Part shown: positions 18,644 through 30,028 of the stretch, piece by piece
Position numbering within the stretch: the stretch's first letter is position 1
Layout: every line of letters begins with the position of its first letter
NCBI GenBank assembly: GCA_963676565.1
Contig: OY781089.1
Location: 1,248,001 to 1,312,000 of the forward strand
DNA length: 64,000 bases
Source: Halarcobacter sp.
GTDB lineage: Bacteria > Campylobacterota > Campylobacteria > Campylobacterales > Arcobacteraceae
Reading direction: 5' to 3'
Made by a program: the position numbers and the translations under genes
Notes under the pieces: generated by a model
Database searches by the model: none
What the model saw: only the letters and a program-made list of their open reading frames with translations
What the model was told of the DNA's origin: nothing

Positions 18644-19776
18644 TCTACGATATAGCTATTATAGGAGCAGGGGCTAGTGGCCTTATGCTTGCAACTCAAA
18701 TAAAAAATAAAAAAATCTGTTTAATTGATACAAATGATAAAATTGGTGCAAAGATAAAAGTAAGTGGTGGAGCGAAGTGCAATATCACCAATGAAAAGGT
18801 AAGTTTTAATAATTATCTAGGAGATGAAGAGTTTGTAAAAAATACTTTATCAAAATACTCAAATAAAGATTTACTAAATTTTTTAAATAAAAATGGTGTT
18901 TATCCAAAGGTGAATCCAAAAATAGTAAAAGGAACATACTTTTGTAATAGTTCAAAAGAGGTTATAAGTATGTTTGAAAAACTTACTAGCCATGTAAAAA
19001 AATATATGAATACAAAAGTTTTAGATGTAGACTTTGATAAATACTATAAAATCAAAACTAACAAACAAGAGATTTTAACAAAAAAGCTTATTGTTGCAAG
19101 TGGTGGTTTATCTTATCAAACCTTAGGTGCAACATCAATTGCCTATGATATTGCTTCAAAGTTTGGACACACAATTAATCAAACAAAACCTGCACTTGTA
19201 GGTTTTACTGTTCAAAAAGAGCAGTTTTGGTTTAAAAACCTAAGTGGTATATCAACAATGGTTGAAGCAAAAATTGGTGAAAAAAGTTTTTATGGAAGTT
19301 TATTATTTGCCCATAAAGGTTGCTCTGGACCTGTTATTTTAAACTCCTCTTTATATTGGCAAAAAGGCAAGATGAGCTTAGATTTCCTTCCAAATAAAAA
19401 AATAGAAACCCTTTTAAAAGGTAATAAGAAAATTAGTTCAGCAATCCCTCTTCCTAAAAGATTTATGACAGAGTTTTTAAACTCAATAGAACTAGAAGAT
19501 AAAGCAGTTAGCACATTAACAAAAGAGGAAAAAGAAAAGATAAAACTTCTTAAAAATTATGAGTTTGCTCCTGCTGGAACTTTTGGATATACAAAAGCAG
19601 AGGTTACAAGTGGTGGAATAAATACCAATGAAGTAGATATTAATTCTTTTGAAAGTAAAAAACAAAAAGATTTATATTTTATTGGTGAGTGTTTGGATGC
19701 AACAGGGGAATTAGGTGGATACAATTTTCAATTATACTTTTCACAAGCATATGTATGCTCGAAGGGATTTAATTAA
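18640..19776 (+). CDS. HI0933/BaiN family NAD(P)/FAD-dependent oxidoreductase; start probably non-canonical (ATA 18640 or ATC 18643)
   Basis: In-frame IYDIAIIGAGASGLM lies upstream of ATG 18685; SGGAKCNITN, ASGG.S, GECLD..G.LGGYN. Confidence 0.85.
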   Translation: MIYDIAIIGAGASGLMLATQIKNKKICLIDTNDKIGAKIKVSGGAKCNITNEKVSFNNYLGDEEFVKNTLSKYSNKDLLNFLNKNGVYPKVNPKIVKGTYFCNSSKEVISMFEKLTSHVKKYMNTKVLDVDFDKYYKIKTNKQEILTKKLIVASGGLSYQTLGATSIAYDIASKFGHTINQTKPALVGFTVQKEQFWFKNLSGISTMVEAKIGEKSFYGSLLFAHKGCSGPVILNSSLYWQKGKMSLDFLPNKKIETLLKGNKKISSAIPLPKRFMTEFLNSIELEDKAVSTLTKEEKEKIKLLKNYEFAPAGTFGYTKAEVTSGGINTNEVDINSFESKKQKDLYFIGECLDATGELGGYNFQLYFSQAYVCSKGFN

Positions 19777-19794
19777 GTTAGTAAGATAATCTTA

Positions 19795-21768
19795 CTAACT
19801 TAAAAGATGAATAAAGTGCATATGTTTTTGATAATGGTCAACTATATCATTTCTAATACCATCTTTTGACCATCCCATAATATCGTAGTCTTGTCCACCT
19901 TCAATTAAATGAACAACGGCACAATAATATAGTTCTTCTTCTGTTCTTTCTGCTTCTTCTTTTTCTTCAATTGCAAAGCTTGGTTTAACTCTAGGTACAA
20001 CTTTGACTTTATAGATAAAGTTTTTGTTTTCTCCAAAGTTTCCTTCTTCTCCAAGAAAGACAGTTAGAGATATTCCATCATCACTTTCATTTATAGAAAC
20101 ATCTAATTCATGTTTTTTTAATTCTTCAGCAACATCAGTAATAGCAGGATATGCAATTTTTTGAATAAACCTTTTTACATTGTTTTTAGATGGAAAATCA
20201 ATTATATTACTTAACCTTGCATCCCAATCAGCAGTATTACTTGTAGTTGTGATTTGAGTTGGACTATATAATAAACTCTCTTTTTTTGCTATATCTACTC
20301 TTAAGGCTTTCATTAAACCATAGCAAGCTATTAACAGGACAATAGAAAAGGGCAGGGCACTAGCAATAGTCATTGTTTGTAAAGCACTTAATCCACCAAC
20401 TAAAATTAATATAGAGGCAATTACACCTTCTCCTACAGCCCAATAAACCCTTTGCCAAATAGGTGTATTATCATTTCCATTTGAGCAAAGCATATCAATA
20501 ACCATAGAACCTGAGTCCGATGATGTTACGAAGAATACAATTACCATAATTGTTGCTACAATTGATGTTAAACCACTAAAACTAAAGTGTTCTAAAAATG
20601 CAAAAATTGCAACAGGTACATTATCTTTTACAATTTGACCAAATTGGATAAGTCCATCATCTAAAATTAAACTAATAGCAGAATTACCAAAAAAGGTCAT
20701 CCACATCAAAGTAAATCCAGTAGGAACAAGAAGAACCCCAAGTGTAAATTCTCTAATTGTTCTACCCCTAGAGATTCTTGCAATAAATAAACCAACAAAT
20801 GGTGACCAAGAGATCCACCATGCCCAATAAAGAATAGTCCAACCACCTATCCAATCTGTTTTTTGATAAGCAAAAAGATTAAAGGTACTTTTTAATAAGT
20901 TTGAAGCATAATCCCCAACATTTTGTACATATGCTTGAAGTAAGAAAATAGTATTTCCCGCAACTAAAACAAAAAGTAAAAGTAATACTGCTAATACAAG
21001 ATTTATCTCTGATAAAATTTTGATACCTTTATCAAGTCCTGTTGTTACTGAAAGTGTAGCTAGAGCAGTTATTCCAATAATCAAAATGACTTGTGAAGTT
21101 GGGCTTACTGGAATATCCCATAAATAGTTAAGTCCTGTATTTACTTGAAGAACACCATAACCTAAAGATGTTGCAACCCCAAATAAAGTACCAATAACTG
21201 CAAAAATATCAACTGCATGACCAATAGGCCCATATATTTTATCTCCAATTAAAGGATAAAGTGCAGACCTTAATGTTAAAGGTAAATTATGTCTGTAACT
21301 AAAAAATGCAAGAATAATTGCAACAATGGCGTAAATAGCCCAGGCATGTAATCCCCAGTGAAAAAATGTAATCCTTAAAGCCTCTTTAGCAGACTCTATA
21401 GTACTTCCTTCTCCAACAGGAGGATTTAAAAAGTGCATTACAGGCTCAGCTACACCAAAAAACATTAAACCAATTCCCATACCAGCTGAAAATAACATGG
21501 CAAACCAAGAAAGATAAGAGTAATCAGCTTTAGAATGGTCAGGGCCTAATTTAATATCTCCATATTTGGAAATAGCTAAATATAAAACAGTAATTAGGAT
21601 TATTGCAACAGTTAATACATAAAACCAACTACCATTTTGCACAATAACATTTTGCAAGTTTTTAAAAAAATTATCAGCCACTTTTGGAAATATAGAAGCA
21701 AACAATGTTAATAAAATAATTATTCCAGAAGAGGTGAAAAAAACTTGTTTGTTCAATTTCGAACTCAT
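19795..21768 (-). CDS. betT: BCCT family choline/betaine transporter
   Basis: WFAMLFSAGMGIGL, FFHWGLHAW, WTILYWAWWISWSPF, long BetT-like C-tail; start reassigned to ATG 21768 behind AAAGGA. Confidence 0.88.
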   Translation of the reverse strand: MSSKLNKQVFFTSSGIIILLTLFASIFPKVADNFFKNLQNVIVQNGSWFYVLTVAIILITVLYLAISKYGDIKLGPDHSKADYSYLSWFAMLFSAGMGIGLMFFGVAEPVMHFLNPPVGEGSTIESAKEALRITFFHWGLHAWAIYAIVAIILAFFSYRHNLPLTLRSALYPLIGDKIYGPIGHAVDIFAVIGTLFGVATSLGYGVLQVNTGLNYLWDIPVSPTSQVILIIGITALATLSVTTGLDKGIKILSEINLVLAVLLLLFVLVAGNTIFLLQAYVQNVGDYASNLLKSTFNLFAYQKTDWIGGWTILYWAWWISWSPFVGLFIARISRGRTIREFTLGVLLVPTGFTLMWMTFFGNSAISLILDDGLIQFGQIVKDNVPVAIFAFLEHFSFSGLTSIVATIMVIVFFVTSSDSGSMVIDMLCSNGNDNTPIWQRVYWAVGEGVIASILILVGGLSALQTMTIASALPFSIVLLIACYGLMKALRVDIAKKESLLYSPTQITTTSNTADWDARLSNIIDFPSKNNVKRFIQKIAYPAITDVAEELKKHELDVSINESDDGISLTVFLGEEGNFGENKNFIYKVKVVPRVKPSFAIEEKEEAERTEEELYYCAVVHLIEGGQDYDIMGWSKDGIRNDIVDHYQKHMHFIHLLS

Positions 21769-21952
21769 CAGTTTCCTTTTAGTAGTTTTATTAGTATACA
21801 AATTGTATACAATTTCCATTTTACAATTTTTTTCTTAATCTTCAATTCAATCATGTTGTAAGGCTTGATTTATAGGAAAAAATACTGATATAGAAAAGTA
21901 AAACCTAACCATATACTAGATACAATCTTAAAATATAAATATAAGGAAAAAT

Positions 21953-22783
21953 TTGATGCGTATTGCATTTATAGGTGATATAGTTGGTCGACCAGGAAGA
22001 AGAATAATAAAAGAGAACCTTTCAAAAATAAAAAATGAATATAATATAGATTTTGTAATAGCAAATGCAGAAAATGCAAGTCATGGTTTTGGATTAACTG
22101 TAAAAAATTGTAATGAATTATTAAAATGTGGAATTGATGTAATTACAGGTGGTAATCACTCCTTTGATAAAAAACAAGAGATGTTTGCTTTATTAGAAAC
22201 CTCTTATGTGTTAAGACCTGACAACTACCCAGAAGGTGTTCCAGGGACTGGATTAAAAATTTTTGAGATAAAAGATTCAGAAGAAAAAATAGAAAAGTTA
22301 GCGGTATTAAATTTAATGGGTCAGTTTTCTATGCCAACTGTTGAAAATCCATTTAATTGGGCAAAGAAAAAAGTTGAAGAGTTAAATCAACAAGGAATCA
22401 AAAATATTTTTGTAGATTTCCATGGGGAAGCAACAAGTGAAAAAAGAATCATTTTTATGATGCTTAAGGGTAAAGTTAGCGGAATTTGTGGAACACACAC
22501 CCATGTTGGAACCGATGACTTACAAGTTATTGATGGAACCTCTTATTTAACTGATATTGGACTAACAGGTTGTAGGGACAATATAATAGGGATGAATGAT
22601 AAAATTCCTATCCAAAAAGCTACAACAGGAATTGGTGGTCATTTTGAAGTACCAAATAACTGTAAAGCAATTTTACAAATGATGGTTTTAGAAATACAAG
22701 ATGGTAAAACTGTTGAGTCTTTTAAGTTAAAAAAATATTGTGATAGAGCTGAGATAATTAAAACTGAGGCAATCTTTGATTAA
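21953..22783 (+). CDS. YmdB-like metallophosphoesterase
   Basis: GDIVG, NAEN, GNH, DFHGEATSEK, GTHTH. Confidence 0.92.
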   Translation: MMRIAFIGDIVGRPGRRIIKENLSKIKNEYNIDFVIANAENASHGFGLTVKNCNELLKCGIDVITGGNHSFDKKQEMFALLETSYVLRPDNYPEGVPGTGLKIFEIKDSEEKIEKLAVLNLMGQFSMPTVENPFNWAKKKVEELNQQGIKNIFVDFHGEATSEKRIIFMMLKGKVSGICGTHTHVGTDDLQVIDGTSYLTDIGLTGCRDNIIGMNDKIPIQKATTGIGGHFEVPNNCKAILQMMVLEIQDGKTVESFKLKKYCDRAEIIKTEAIFD

Positions 22784-23438
22784 GATAAAAGATAGTTTTG
22801 ATTTATTGAAGTTTTTGAAAAATCAAAATTTATTGGAAAACTCCACTGAATTTTGGTGGCCAAATAACAATGATTTTGAAATCACTATTGGCGCAATTCT
22901 AACACAAAATACAAAATGGGAAAATGTAGAAAAATCCTTAAAAAATTTAAAAGATTTAAACCTTTTATCTTTGGATGCTTTAATCAAAATAGATATAGAA
23001 ATATTAATAGAAGCAATAACTCCAAGTGGTTTTAAAAATCAAAAATCCCATAGAATTAAATTATTTGCAAAGAACATTCTTGAAGAGTTTGGTGATTTTG
23101 AAAGTTTTCAAAAAAATGTTTCAAGAACTTGGCTTTTAAACCAAAAGGGAATAGGGCAAGAAACCGCAGATGCAATTTTGTGTTATGGATGTCATAAAGA
23201 GTTTATGGTTGTTGATAAATATACACAAAAACTTTTATTATTATTTAACCATGAATTCAATTCTTATGAAGATTTATCATCATGGTGTGAATATGGAATT
23301 AATGAAAATTTAGATAGAATTTACGAACTTTATGGATATGAAATATCTCTGAATAAGCTATATTGCAGGTTTCATGGGAAGATTATCGAATATATGAAGC
23401 AGAATAAATCAAAGAGTTTCACAAGGGTTGAAGAATGA
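22776..23438 (+). CDS. HhH-GPD DNA glycosylase (3-methyladenine glycosylase / EndoIII-related)
   Basis: WWP, GAILTQNT.W.NV, KGIG.ETADAIL, VVDKY. Confidence 0.85.
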   Translation: MIKIKDSFDLLKFLKNQNLLENSTEFWWPNNNDFEITIGAILTQNTKWENVEKSLKNLKDLNLLSLDALIKIDIEILIEAITPSGFKNQKSHRIKLFAKNILEEFGDFESFQKNVSRTWLLNQKGIGQETADAILCYGCHKEFMVVDKYTQKLLLLFNHEFNSYEDLSSWCEYGINENLDRIYELYGYEISLNKLYCRFHGKIIEYMKQNKSKSFTRVEE

Positions 23439-24226
23439 TTATTATTCCACAAACAAAAGGTGGTGTTGGGAAGTCAACAGTTGCGATGCAAGTTATTGCA
23501 CCTTATTTGTATAAAAAACATGGAAAAAAAGTAACATATATTGAGATTGATGATGAAAACAATGATAGTCAATCTTTTACAAGAACGCAAATTGTTAACA
23601 AAAGGATGTTAGGAACAAACAAACTAACTGAACTTGATGAACTAATTTTAATGGATGATAAACATGAGATTATTGTTGATGTTGGTGGAAACAAAACTTC
23701 AACTTTAGTTTTAGAAGAGATTAAAAAAGTTGGTTCTTTTGGAAATATAAAATGGATCATCCCTTTAGGTGATGGTGAACTTGATGGTAAAAATGCTATC
23801 GCTACAATGAAAAAAATCAAAAAAATTGAACAAAACATGGAAGACAATATTCTTTTTGCATTAAATAGAGCTATCTCTATGGATAAAGATTATATTGAAG
23901 AACAGTTTATTAACTTTTTTGGTCATAAATATTTAGATAGTAATTCTGTTATCTGTGATTTTGTAAAAGATCCTAAGTATTTTCCTGTTAAAAATGATAA
24001 GGTAATTACAATGAGTAGATATCTTGGAAGTACAGTTTGGGAAATGGCATACAACAATACTGACTTTGCAAAAAAAGCCATGCAGGCAAAAGAGTTAGGT
24101 GATATTGAAAGTGCAAGAAAATTTCTTTTCTTTAGAAGAATTCAAACTGAAGCAAAAGATTATGTTCTTGGAACATTAAACAAAATATTTTGTGATTTAG
24201 ATAACTGGCTTGAAATTAAAAAATGA
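23435..24226 (+). CDS. ParA/MinD-like P-loop ATPase
   Basis: Deviant Walker A KGGVGKST; IIVDVGG. Confidence 0.7.
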   Translation: MIIIPQTKGGVGKSTVAMQVIAPYLYKKHGKKVTYIEIDDENNDSQSFTRTQIVNKRMLGTNKLTELDELILMDDKHEIIVDVGGNKTSTLVLEEIKKVGSFGNIKWIIPLGDGELDGKNAIATMKKIKKIEQNMEDNILFALNRAISMDKDYIEEQFINFFGHKYLDSNSVICDFVKDPKYFPVKNDKVITMSRYLGSTVWEMAYNNTDFAKKAMQAKELGDIESARKFLFFRRIQTEAKDYVLGTLNKIFCDLDNWLEIKK

Positions 24227-24471
24227 GTGACATGACTTTTAAACAAGCTAAGGAGATAGTCGAAAGACTTGAATTAGCTGAACTTAGTTTACGAAACTCT
24301 TTTGATAATATTGATCATGCAAGAAGATCTTTGGATGATTCGCTTATTGCACAAAAAAAGATTTTAAATCAAGTACCACAAAAAGATAAAAAAATTTCTA
24401 TTTTATTTTTAATCATTATGTTAAATGTTGGTTTTATTTTAGGTCTTTTTGTTGGAAAATATTTAGTGTAG
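24223..24471 (+). CDS. Small hypothetical protein with C-terminal TM helix
   Basis: ATGA overlap with upstream gene; helical N-terminus, hydrophobic C-terminus. Confidence 0.65.
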   Translation: MSDMTFKQAKEIVERLELAELSLRNSFDNIDHARRSLDDSLIAQKKILNQVPQKDKKISILFLIIMLNVGFILGLFVGKYLV

Positions 24472-24555
24472 GTTAATTACTTCATTTTTTGAAGTATTTT
24501 AAATTTTAGAAATTTATAAGTCTCTTTTAAATGAGACATTTTTTAGGAGTTATTT

Positions 24556-25266
24556 TTGGGAAAACAAGAAAAAATTGTATCTATGTTTAATGACATTGCT
24601 GGAACTTATGATGTTGCAAATAGAGTTCTTAGTATGGGAATTGATAAGTCATGGAGAAATAAAGCTTGTAATTTAGCCTATAAATTTTATGATAAAGATT
24701 CAATTGATAAAATTGTAGATGTAGCTTGTGGAACTGGTGATATGATTGAGTTCTGGAAAAAAATTGCAAAAAACAATGCAATTGAACTTAAAAATATTGT
24801 TGGAGTTGATCCAAGTGTTGGTATGATGGATGTTGCTAGAGTTAAACTTCCAGAAGTTGAGTTTATTGAAGCAGGAGCAGCACAAATGCCTCTTGATAGT
24901 AATAGTGCTGATATTATCTCTATTTCATATGGGATTAGAAATGTTGTTCAAAGACAAGAAGCCTTTGATGAATTTGCAAGGGTTCTAAAAAAAGGTGGCT
25001 TAGTAGTAATCTCTGAGTTTACAAAAAATGAGAAAAATTCACCACTTGATTATGTAACTGATTTTTATATGAATAAAATTTTACCAACTTTAGGTGGATT
25101 AATTTCAAGAAATAAAGAAGCGTATACTTATTTACCAAACTCAATTGATGAGTTTCTAACAACTGATAATTTATGTAAAGAGTTAAAGCAAGCAGGTCTT
25201 GAGCCAATTCATACACAAGCTTTTTCTATGAATATCTCAACTTTAATAATAGCAAGAAAACTTTAG
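24556..25266 (+). CDS. ubiE: UbiE/MenG-family quinone methyltransferase
   Basis: MF..IA..YD..N..LS.G, DVACGTGD, YGIRNV, AY.YL..SI. Confidence 0.92.
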   Translation: MGKQEKIVSMFNDIAGTYDVANRVLSMGIDKSWRNKACNLAYKFYDKDSIDKIVDVACGTGDMIEFWKKIAKNNAIELKNIVGVDPSVGMMDVARVKLPEVEFIEAGAAQMPLDSNSADIISISYGIRNVVQRQEAFDEFARVLKKGGLVVISEFTKNEKNSPLDYVTDFYMNKILPTLGGLISRNKEAYTYLPNSIDEFLTTDNLCKELKQAGLEPIHTQAFSMNISTLIIARKL

Positions 25267-25288
25267 TTTTCTTGTCTTTAACAGGTTT

Positions 25289-26479
25289 TTGATGAATTCT
25301 CCAATTACAGTTTCAACTTTAAATACCCAAATTAAATCCTTATTAGAAACAACTTTTATAAATGTCTATGTTGAAGGTGAAATTTCAAATTTAACATATC
25401 ATAATTCAGGGCATATCTATTTTTCCATAAAAGATGAAAACTCAACAATCTCTTGTGTAATGTTTAAAGGAAATGCAAAATATTTAAAATTTCAATTAGA
25501 AGTTGGACTAAAAGTTGTAATAACTGGGAATATAACTGTTTATACTCCAAGGGGAAGTTATCAACTTATGTGTAATAAAATTGAACCTTCAGGTCAAGGT
25601 GCCTTAGCTTTAGCTTATGAACAGTTAAAACAAAAACTTCAAGCAAAAGGTTATTTTGAGCCTTCGATAAAAAAACAACTTCCAAGATATCCAAAAAAAA
25701 TTGCGCTTATAACATCTCCTACAGGAGCAGCAATTGAAGATATGAAAAAAGTTGCAAGTAACAGATGGCCTCTAACAAAATTTATTTTAGTACCAACTTT
25801 AGTTCAAGGTGAAGGTGCTAAAACTGATATTGTTAAATCAATAAATTATGCAAAAACTTTAGATGTTGATTTATTAGTAGTTGGACGTGGTGGGGGAAGT
25901 ATAGAAGATTTATGGGCCTTTAATGAAGAAGTTGTTGCCGATGCAATTTATAATTGTGAAAAACCTGTTGTCTCAGCAGTTGGTCATGAAATAGATTTTC
26001 TAATATCTGATTTTGTAGCTGATGTAAGAGCTGCAACCCCATCAAATGCAATGGAAATAGTATTGCCAGATGCAAATGAACATAGAATCTATTTAGACAA
26101 TTTACAAAATGAATTTACTAATAGAATAAAAAATACCATAGAAAACAAACAAAACTTATTAGATAATCTATCTAGACTTTTTGAACAAAACTCTTTAAAA
26201 ACTAGATTTAATCTAATTGAAAAAGAGATAGTTTTTATGAAAAACTCTTTTAAAACAAATTTAACACAAATTTTTAATTCTTATCAAAATGAAATTAATT
26301 CATTAAAAAATAGTTATAAAACAAATGATCCTACAAAAAAAGATTTCAAAGGTTATGTTCAAATATCTCAAAATAATGAGATAATTAACTTAGATAAAAC
26401 AAAAGTAGGTGAAAAAATAACTCTTCAAACACCTAATACAATCGCACTTTGTGAAATAAAAAAATTAAATAAACAATAA
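25289..26479 (+). CDS. xseA: Exodeoxyribonuclease VII large subunit
   Basis: VEGEISN, SGH.YF, RGGGSIEDLW.FN, GHE.D. Confidence 0.95.
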   Translation: MMNSPITVSTLNTQIKSLLETTFINVYVEGEISNLTYHNSGHIYFSIKDENSTISCVMFKGNAKYLKFQLEVGLKVVITGNITVYTPRGSYQLMCNKIEPSGQGALALAYEQLKQKLQAKGYFEPSIKKQLPRYPKKIALITSPTGAAIEDMKKVASNRWPLTKFILVPTLVQGEGAKTDIVKSINYAKTLDVDLLVVGRGGGSIEDLWAFNEEVVADAIYNCEKPVVSAVGHEIDFLISDFVADVRAATPSNAMEIVLPDANEHRIYLDNLQNEFTNRIKNTIENKQNLLDNLSRLFEQNSLKTRFNLIEKEIVFMKNSFKTNLTQIFNSYQNEINSLKNSYKTNDPTKKDFKGYVQISQNNEIINLDKTKVGEKITLQTPNTIALCEIKKLNKQ

Positions 26480-26530
26480 TAATTTAAGTTTACACTCGAT
26501 AGAATATCCCATTATACTCAAAGGTGTTTT

Positions 26531-28708
26531 ATGAAAAAAGACTCGATTGCTGGTAAAATTATTATTAGAGTATTGCTTGTTGCACTTGTTGTTATTGTAA
26601 TTGCTGGTGTAATTTCTTATTTCATTGTAAATTCAATGAAACAAGATGTTGAAGTAAAAACTAAAGAGCATTTTAAAGTTTTAATTGAAGAAAGAATTCA
26701 ATCAAAAATGGATGTTGCAATTTCAAATGCAGTAACTTTATCACAAAACACAGATTTACTTTTAGCTTTAGAAACAAACGATAGAAGTATGTTAAAAGTT
26801 ACTCTTACTTCTCTTACTGATACTATGAAAGATGGAACTACTTTTAACAATATAAAAATTCATGTACATGACAAAGATGTAAAATCTTTTTATAGAAGTT
26901 GGAAACCTGATAAACATGGAGATGATTTAAAATCTTTTAGGGATACAATTTTAGAGGTTAAGAAAACAAAAAAACCTCTTGCTGCAATTGAAGTTGGTAG
27001 AGCAGGACTTGTTCTAAGAGGCTTAGCACCAATATTTGATATGGATGGAAAGTATGTAGGTTCTGTTGAATTTATTCAAGGCTTTAATTCTGTGGTAAAA
27101 GATTTTGAAAAGGATGATGAGTTTTTAATTGTTTTAATGAATGAAAAATTAAAAAGAGGAGATGCCTTAACTTCACAAGATAAACTTGGGAAATACTATT
27201 TATCTCAAAAAACTTTTAACAAAGATTTTAGAGCATCTTTAGATAAATTAGATTTAAGTAAATTTGATAAAACAGGCTTTATTTCTGATGAAAACTATTT
27301 TTATTCAAGATTCCCAATTCTAGATTTTAAAGGTGAAAATCTAGGGTTTTATATTATTGCAGATCATATTGAACATGTTAATAACACATTTAATGAGTCT
27401 GCAAAATTAGTTTATATGATGCTTGGAATGATGGTTGTTTTAACACTTTTATTGGTTGTTACAATAATGTATTTCTTTAATAAAATTATTAGTGGTGGAT
27501 TAAATAAATTTAAAAAATCTTTTGCTGAATTTTTAGAATTTATTACTTTTAAAACTAATAGCTTTAATAAACCAGTAGTTTATACAAATGATGAAGTTGC
27601 TGATATGTTAAAACTTCTAAATGAAACAGCAGACGTATTCGATAAAAAATTAAAAGATGACATGAGAGTTATTGGAGAGATTGTTCTTACTACTGATAAA
27701 GTTGAACAAGGTATTTATAAATGTAGAATCCATTCATCTTCAGATAATCCTATGATTGTAACTTTAAAAGCTACTATAAATAAGATGCTTGATACGGTTG
27801 ATAAAAATATGATTGAACTTATTAGAACTGTTACAAACTATGCTAATGATGATTTTACTGATAAAGTTGAGATAAGTCCAAAATTAAAAGCTAAGATGTT
27901 AGAGGTTATGGAAAGTACAAATAAACTTGGACTTGCTCTAAGTGAAGGTGCAAAAAGAAACCTTAATAATGGACAAACTTTAGAAAAAAATGCTGATATT
28001 ATGAATAATTCAATGAAAAATCTTGCAGCAAAGGCAAATGAACAAGCCGCATCATTAGAAGAAACAGCGGCAGCTTTAGAAGAGATTACTTCAATTACAA
28101 GAAGTAATGCAGAAAATGCTTCAAAAATGGCAAATCTTGGTGAAACAGTAAAACAATCAGTTGTCTCAGGTGAATCTTTAGCAACTAAAACAGCATTTTC
28201 AATGGATGAGATAAATGATAAGGTTAGTTCAATTAATGAAGCAATTACTGTAATTGACCAAATTGCTTTCCAAACAAATATTTTATCTTTAAATGCAGCT
28301 GTAGAAGCGGCAACAGCAGGTGAGGCTGGAAAAGGTTTTGCAGTTGTAGCACAAGAGGTTAGAAACCTTGCAAGTAGAAGTGCAGAAGCAGCAAAAGAGA
28401 TTAAAAATTTGGTTGAAGATGCAAATTTAAAAGCTAATGAGGGTAAAAATATTTCTGATGAGATGATTCATGGGTATCAAGAGTTAAATACTCATATAAA
28501 TGAAACCTTACAATTAATCGAAAATGTTAGTAGTGCTAGTAAAGAGCAAATGACTGGAATTGAGCAAATTAACGACACTGTTACTATGCTTGACAGAGTT
28601 ACCCAAGAAAATGCAAGTGAAGCAAATCAAGTTAGAACTATTGCAAATGATGTATCATCAATGGCTAAAGATTTAGTTCAAGATGCATTGAGTAAAAAGT
28701 TTAATTAG
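26531..28708 (+). CDS. Methyl-accepting chemotaxis protein with Cache sensor
   Basis: Two [33 protein letters not shown]. Confidence 0.95.
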   Translation: MKKDSIAGKIIIRVLLVALVVIVIAGVISYFIVNSMKQDVEVKTKEHFKVLIEERIQSKMDVAISNAVTLSQNTDLLLALETNDRSMLKVTLTSLTDTMKDGTTFNNIKIHVHDKDVKSFYRSWKPDKHGDDLKSFRDTILEVKKTKKPLAAIEVGRAGLVLRGLAPIFDMDGKYVGSVEFIQGFNSVVKDFEKDDEFLIVLMNEKLKRGDALTSQDKLGKYYLSQKTFNKDFRASLDKLDLSKFDKTGFISDENYFYSRFPILDFKGENLGFYIIADHIEHVNNTFNESAKLVYMMLGMMVVLTLLLVVTIMYFFNKIISGGLNKFKKSFAEFLEFITFKTNSFNKPVVYTNDEVADMLKLLNETADVFDKKLKDDMRVIGEIVLTTDKVEQGIYKCRIHSSSDNPMIVTLKATINKMLDTVDKNMIELIRTVTNYANDDFTDKVEISPKLKAKMLEVMESTNKLGLALSEGAKRNLNNGQTLEKNADIMNNSMKNLAAKANEQAASLEETAAALEEITSITRSNAENASKMANLGETVKQSVVSGESLATKTAFSMDEINDKVSSINEAITVIDQIAFQTNILSLNAAVEAATAGEAGKGFAVVAQEVRNLASRSAEAAKEIKNLVEDANLKANEGKNISDEMIHGYQELNTHINETLQLIENVSSASKEQMTGIEQINDTVTMLDRVTQENASEANQVRTIANDVSSMAKDLVQDALSKKFN

Positions 28709-28716
28709 GGGAAATT

Positions 28717-29121
28717 ATGGCAATTGGACAAGAAATAGTATTAGATCATAATGCTTTTTTGGTAAGTGAAACCGATGAAAAAGGTATAATAAGATTTGCA
28801 AATGATGATTTCTGTAAAGTGGCAGAGTATACCCTAGATGAATTAATGGGACAACCACACTCTATGGTAAGACATCATGATATGCCAAAAAAAGCTTTTA
28901 AATCCCTATGGGATACTGTTCAAGCAGGTGAAGTTTGGACAGGTTACGTTAAAAATGCAACTAAATCTGGTGGCTTTTACTGGGTTTATGCAACTGTTTA
29001 TCCTTTTGAAAGTTGTGATGGGTCAAAAGGGTATTTGTCCTGTAGAAGAAAACCATCAAAAAAAGAGATTGAAGAGATTGAAAAAGTATATAAAGAATGG
29101 AATAAAGAAGAAGGGAGATAA
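28717..29121 (+). CDS. Stand-alone PAS protein (CetB/Aer-type)
   Basis: SETD.KG.I...N..F, H..VRH.DMP..F..LW, W.G.VKN..K.G..YWV. Confidence 0.88.
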   Translation: MAIGQEIVLDHNAFLVSETDEKGIIRFANDDFCKVAEYTLDELMGQPHSMVRHHDMPKKAFKSLWDTVQAGEVWTGYVKNATKSGGFYWVYATVYPFESCDGSKGYLSCRRKPSKKEIEEIEKVYKEWNKEEGR

Positions 29122-29125
29122 TTAA

Positions 29126-29620
29126 ATGGAAACAAATAACACAAATCAAACAGAAGAAGAGATTTTAAATTACGCAAACACAAGTGAGTTTATGACTTTT
29201 GAATTAGGTAGAATGAAGTACGCAATTGAATTACCTAAAATTAGAGAGATTTTAACCTATCCAAAAAATATAACAGTTTTACCAAACACTACAAAATGGG
29301 TGAAAGGTTTAATTAATCTAAGAGGTGAAGTTGTTCCTATTTTAGATATAAGAATCAAATTTCAAACAGGAGAAGCTATTTATAATGATAGTACTGCTGT
29401 TATTGCTGTTATAACAAAAGATAATAGAATGATAGGTATTGTTGTTGATAAAGTTGATGATGTACAAAGATTAGATACATCAAGCTTAGCTCCTGTTTCA
29501 GATATGGGGTCAGCTATACCATCTAAATACCTAAAAGGTTTTGTTAGACTTGCAAATAATCAAATGTTAGTTGTTATGGATATAGAATCTGTAGTTCATA
29601 AAGATGAACTAAAGAATTAA
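29126..29620 (+). CDS. cheW: Chemotaxis adaptor CheW
   Basis: GLINLRGEVVPILD, GIVVD.V. Confidence 0.92.
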   Translation: METNNTNQTEEEILNYANTSEFMTFELGRMKYAIELPKIREILTYPKNITVLPNTTKWVKGLINLRGEVVPILDIRIKFQTGEAIYNDSTAVIAVITKDNRMIGIVVDKVDDVQRLDTSSLAPVSDMGSAIPSKYLKGFVRLANNQMLVVMDIESVVHKDELKN

Positions 29621-29636
29621 AGTAATAAAATACATT

Positions 29637-30026
29637 ATGCAAGAAAAAATTGAAAAATTAAAAAAATTAAAGCTTCTATTTGTTGAAGATGAAGAGGATT
29701 TAATTGAGATCATAACTGATACATTAAATAAACTTCAAGCAAGTTTTCTAACTGCAAAAAATGGAGAAGAAGCTTTAGGTGTCATTAAACAAAATCCTGA
29801 CATCGATGTTGTAATAACAGATTTAAATATGCCAATAATGAGTGGATTAGAATTAATCGAAAAGTTAAATGAAGATAATTTTAATAAACCTATTATTGTA
29901 ATGTCTGCACACACAGAAGTTGATTATATAAATAAAGCAAAAGAGTTTGGTGTTGATAACTATTTATTAAAACCTTTTGATTTTATAAAGTTTATTGATT
30001 TAGTTACAACAATGGATAATAAATAA
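29637..30026 (+). CDS. Single-domain response regulator
   Basis: VEDE, TDLNMP.MSG, KPF. Confidence 0.9.
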   Translation: MQEKIEKLKKLKLLFVEDEEDLIEIITDTLNKLQASFLTAKNGEEALGVIKQNPDIDVVITDLNMPIMSGLELIEKLNEDNFNKPIIVMSAHTEVDYINKAKEFGVDNYLLKPFDFIKFIDLVTTMDNK

Positions 30027-30028
30027 AG

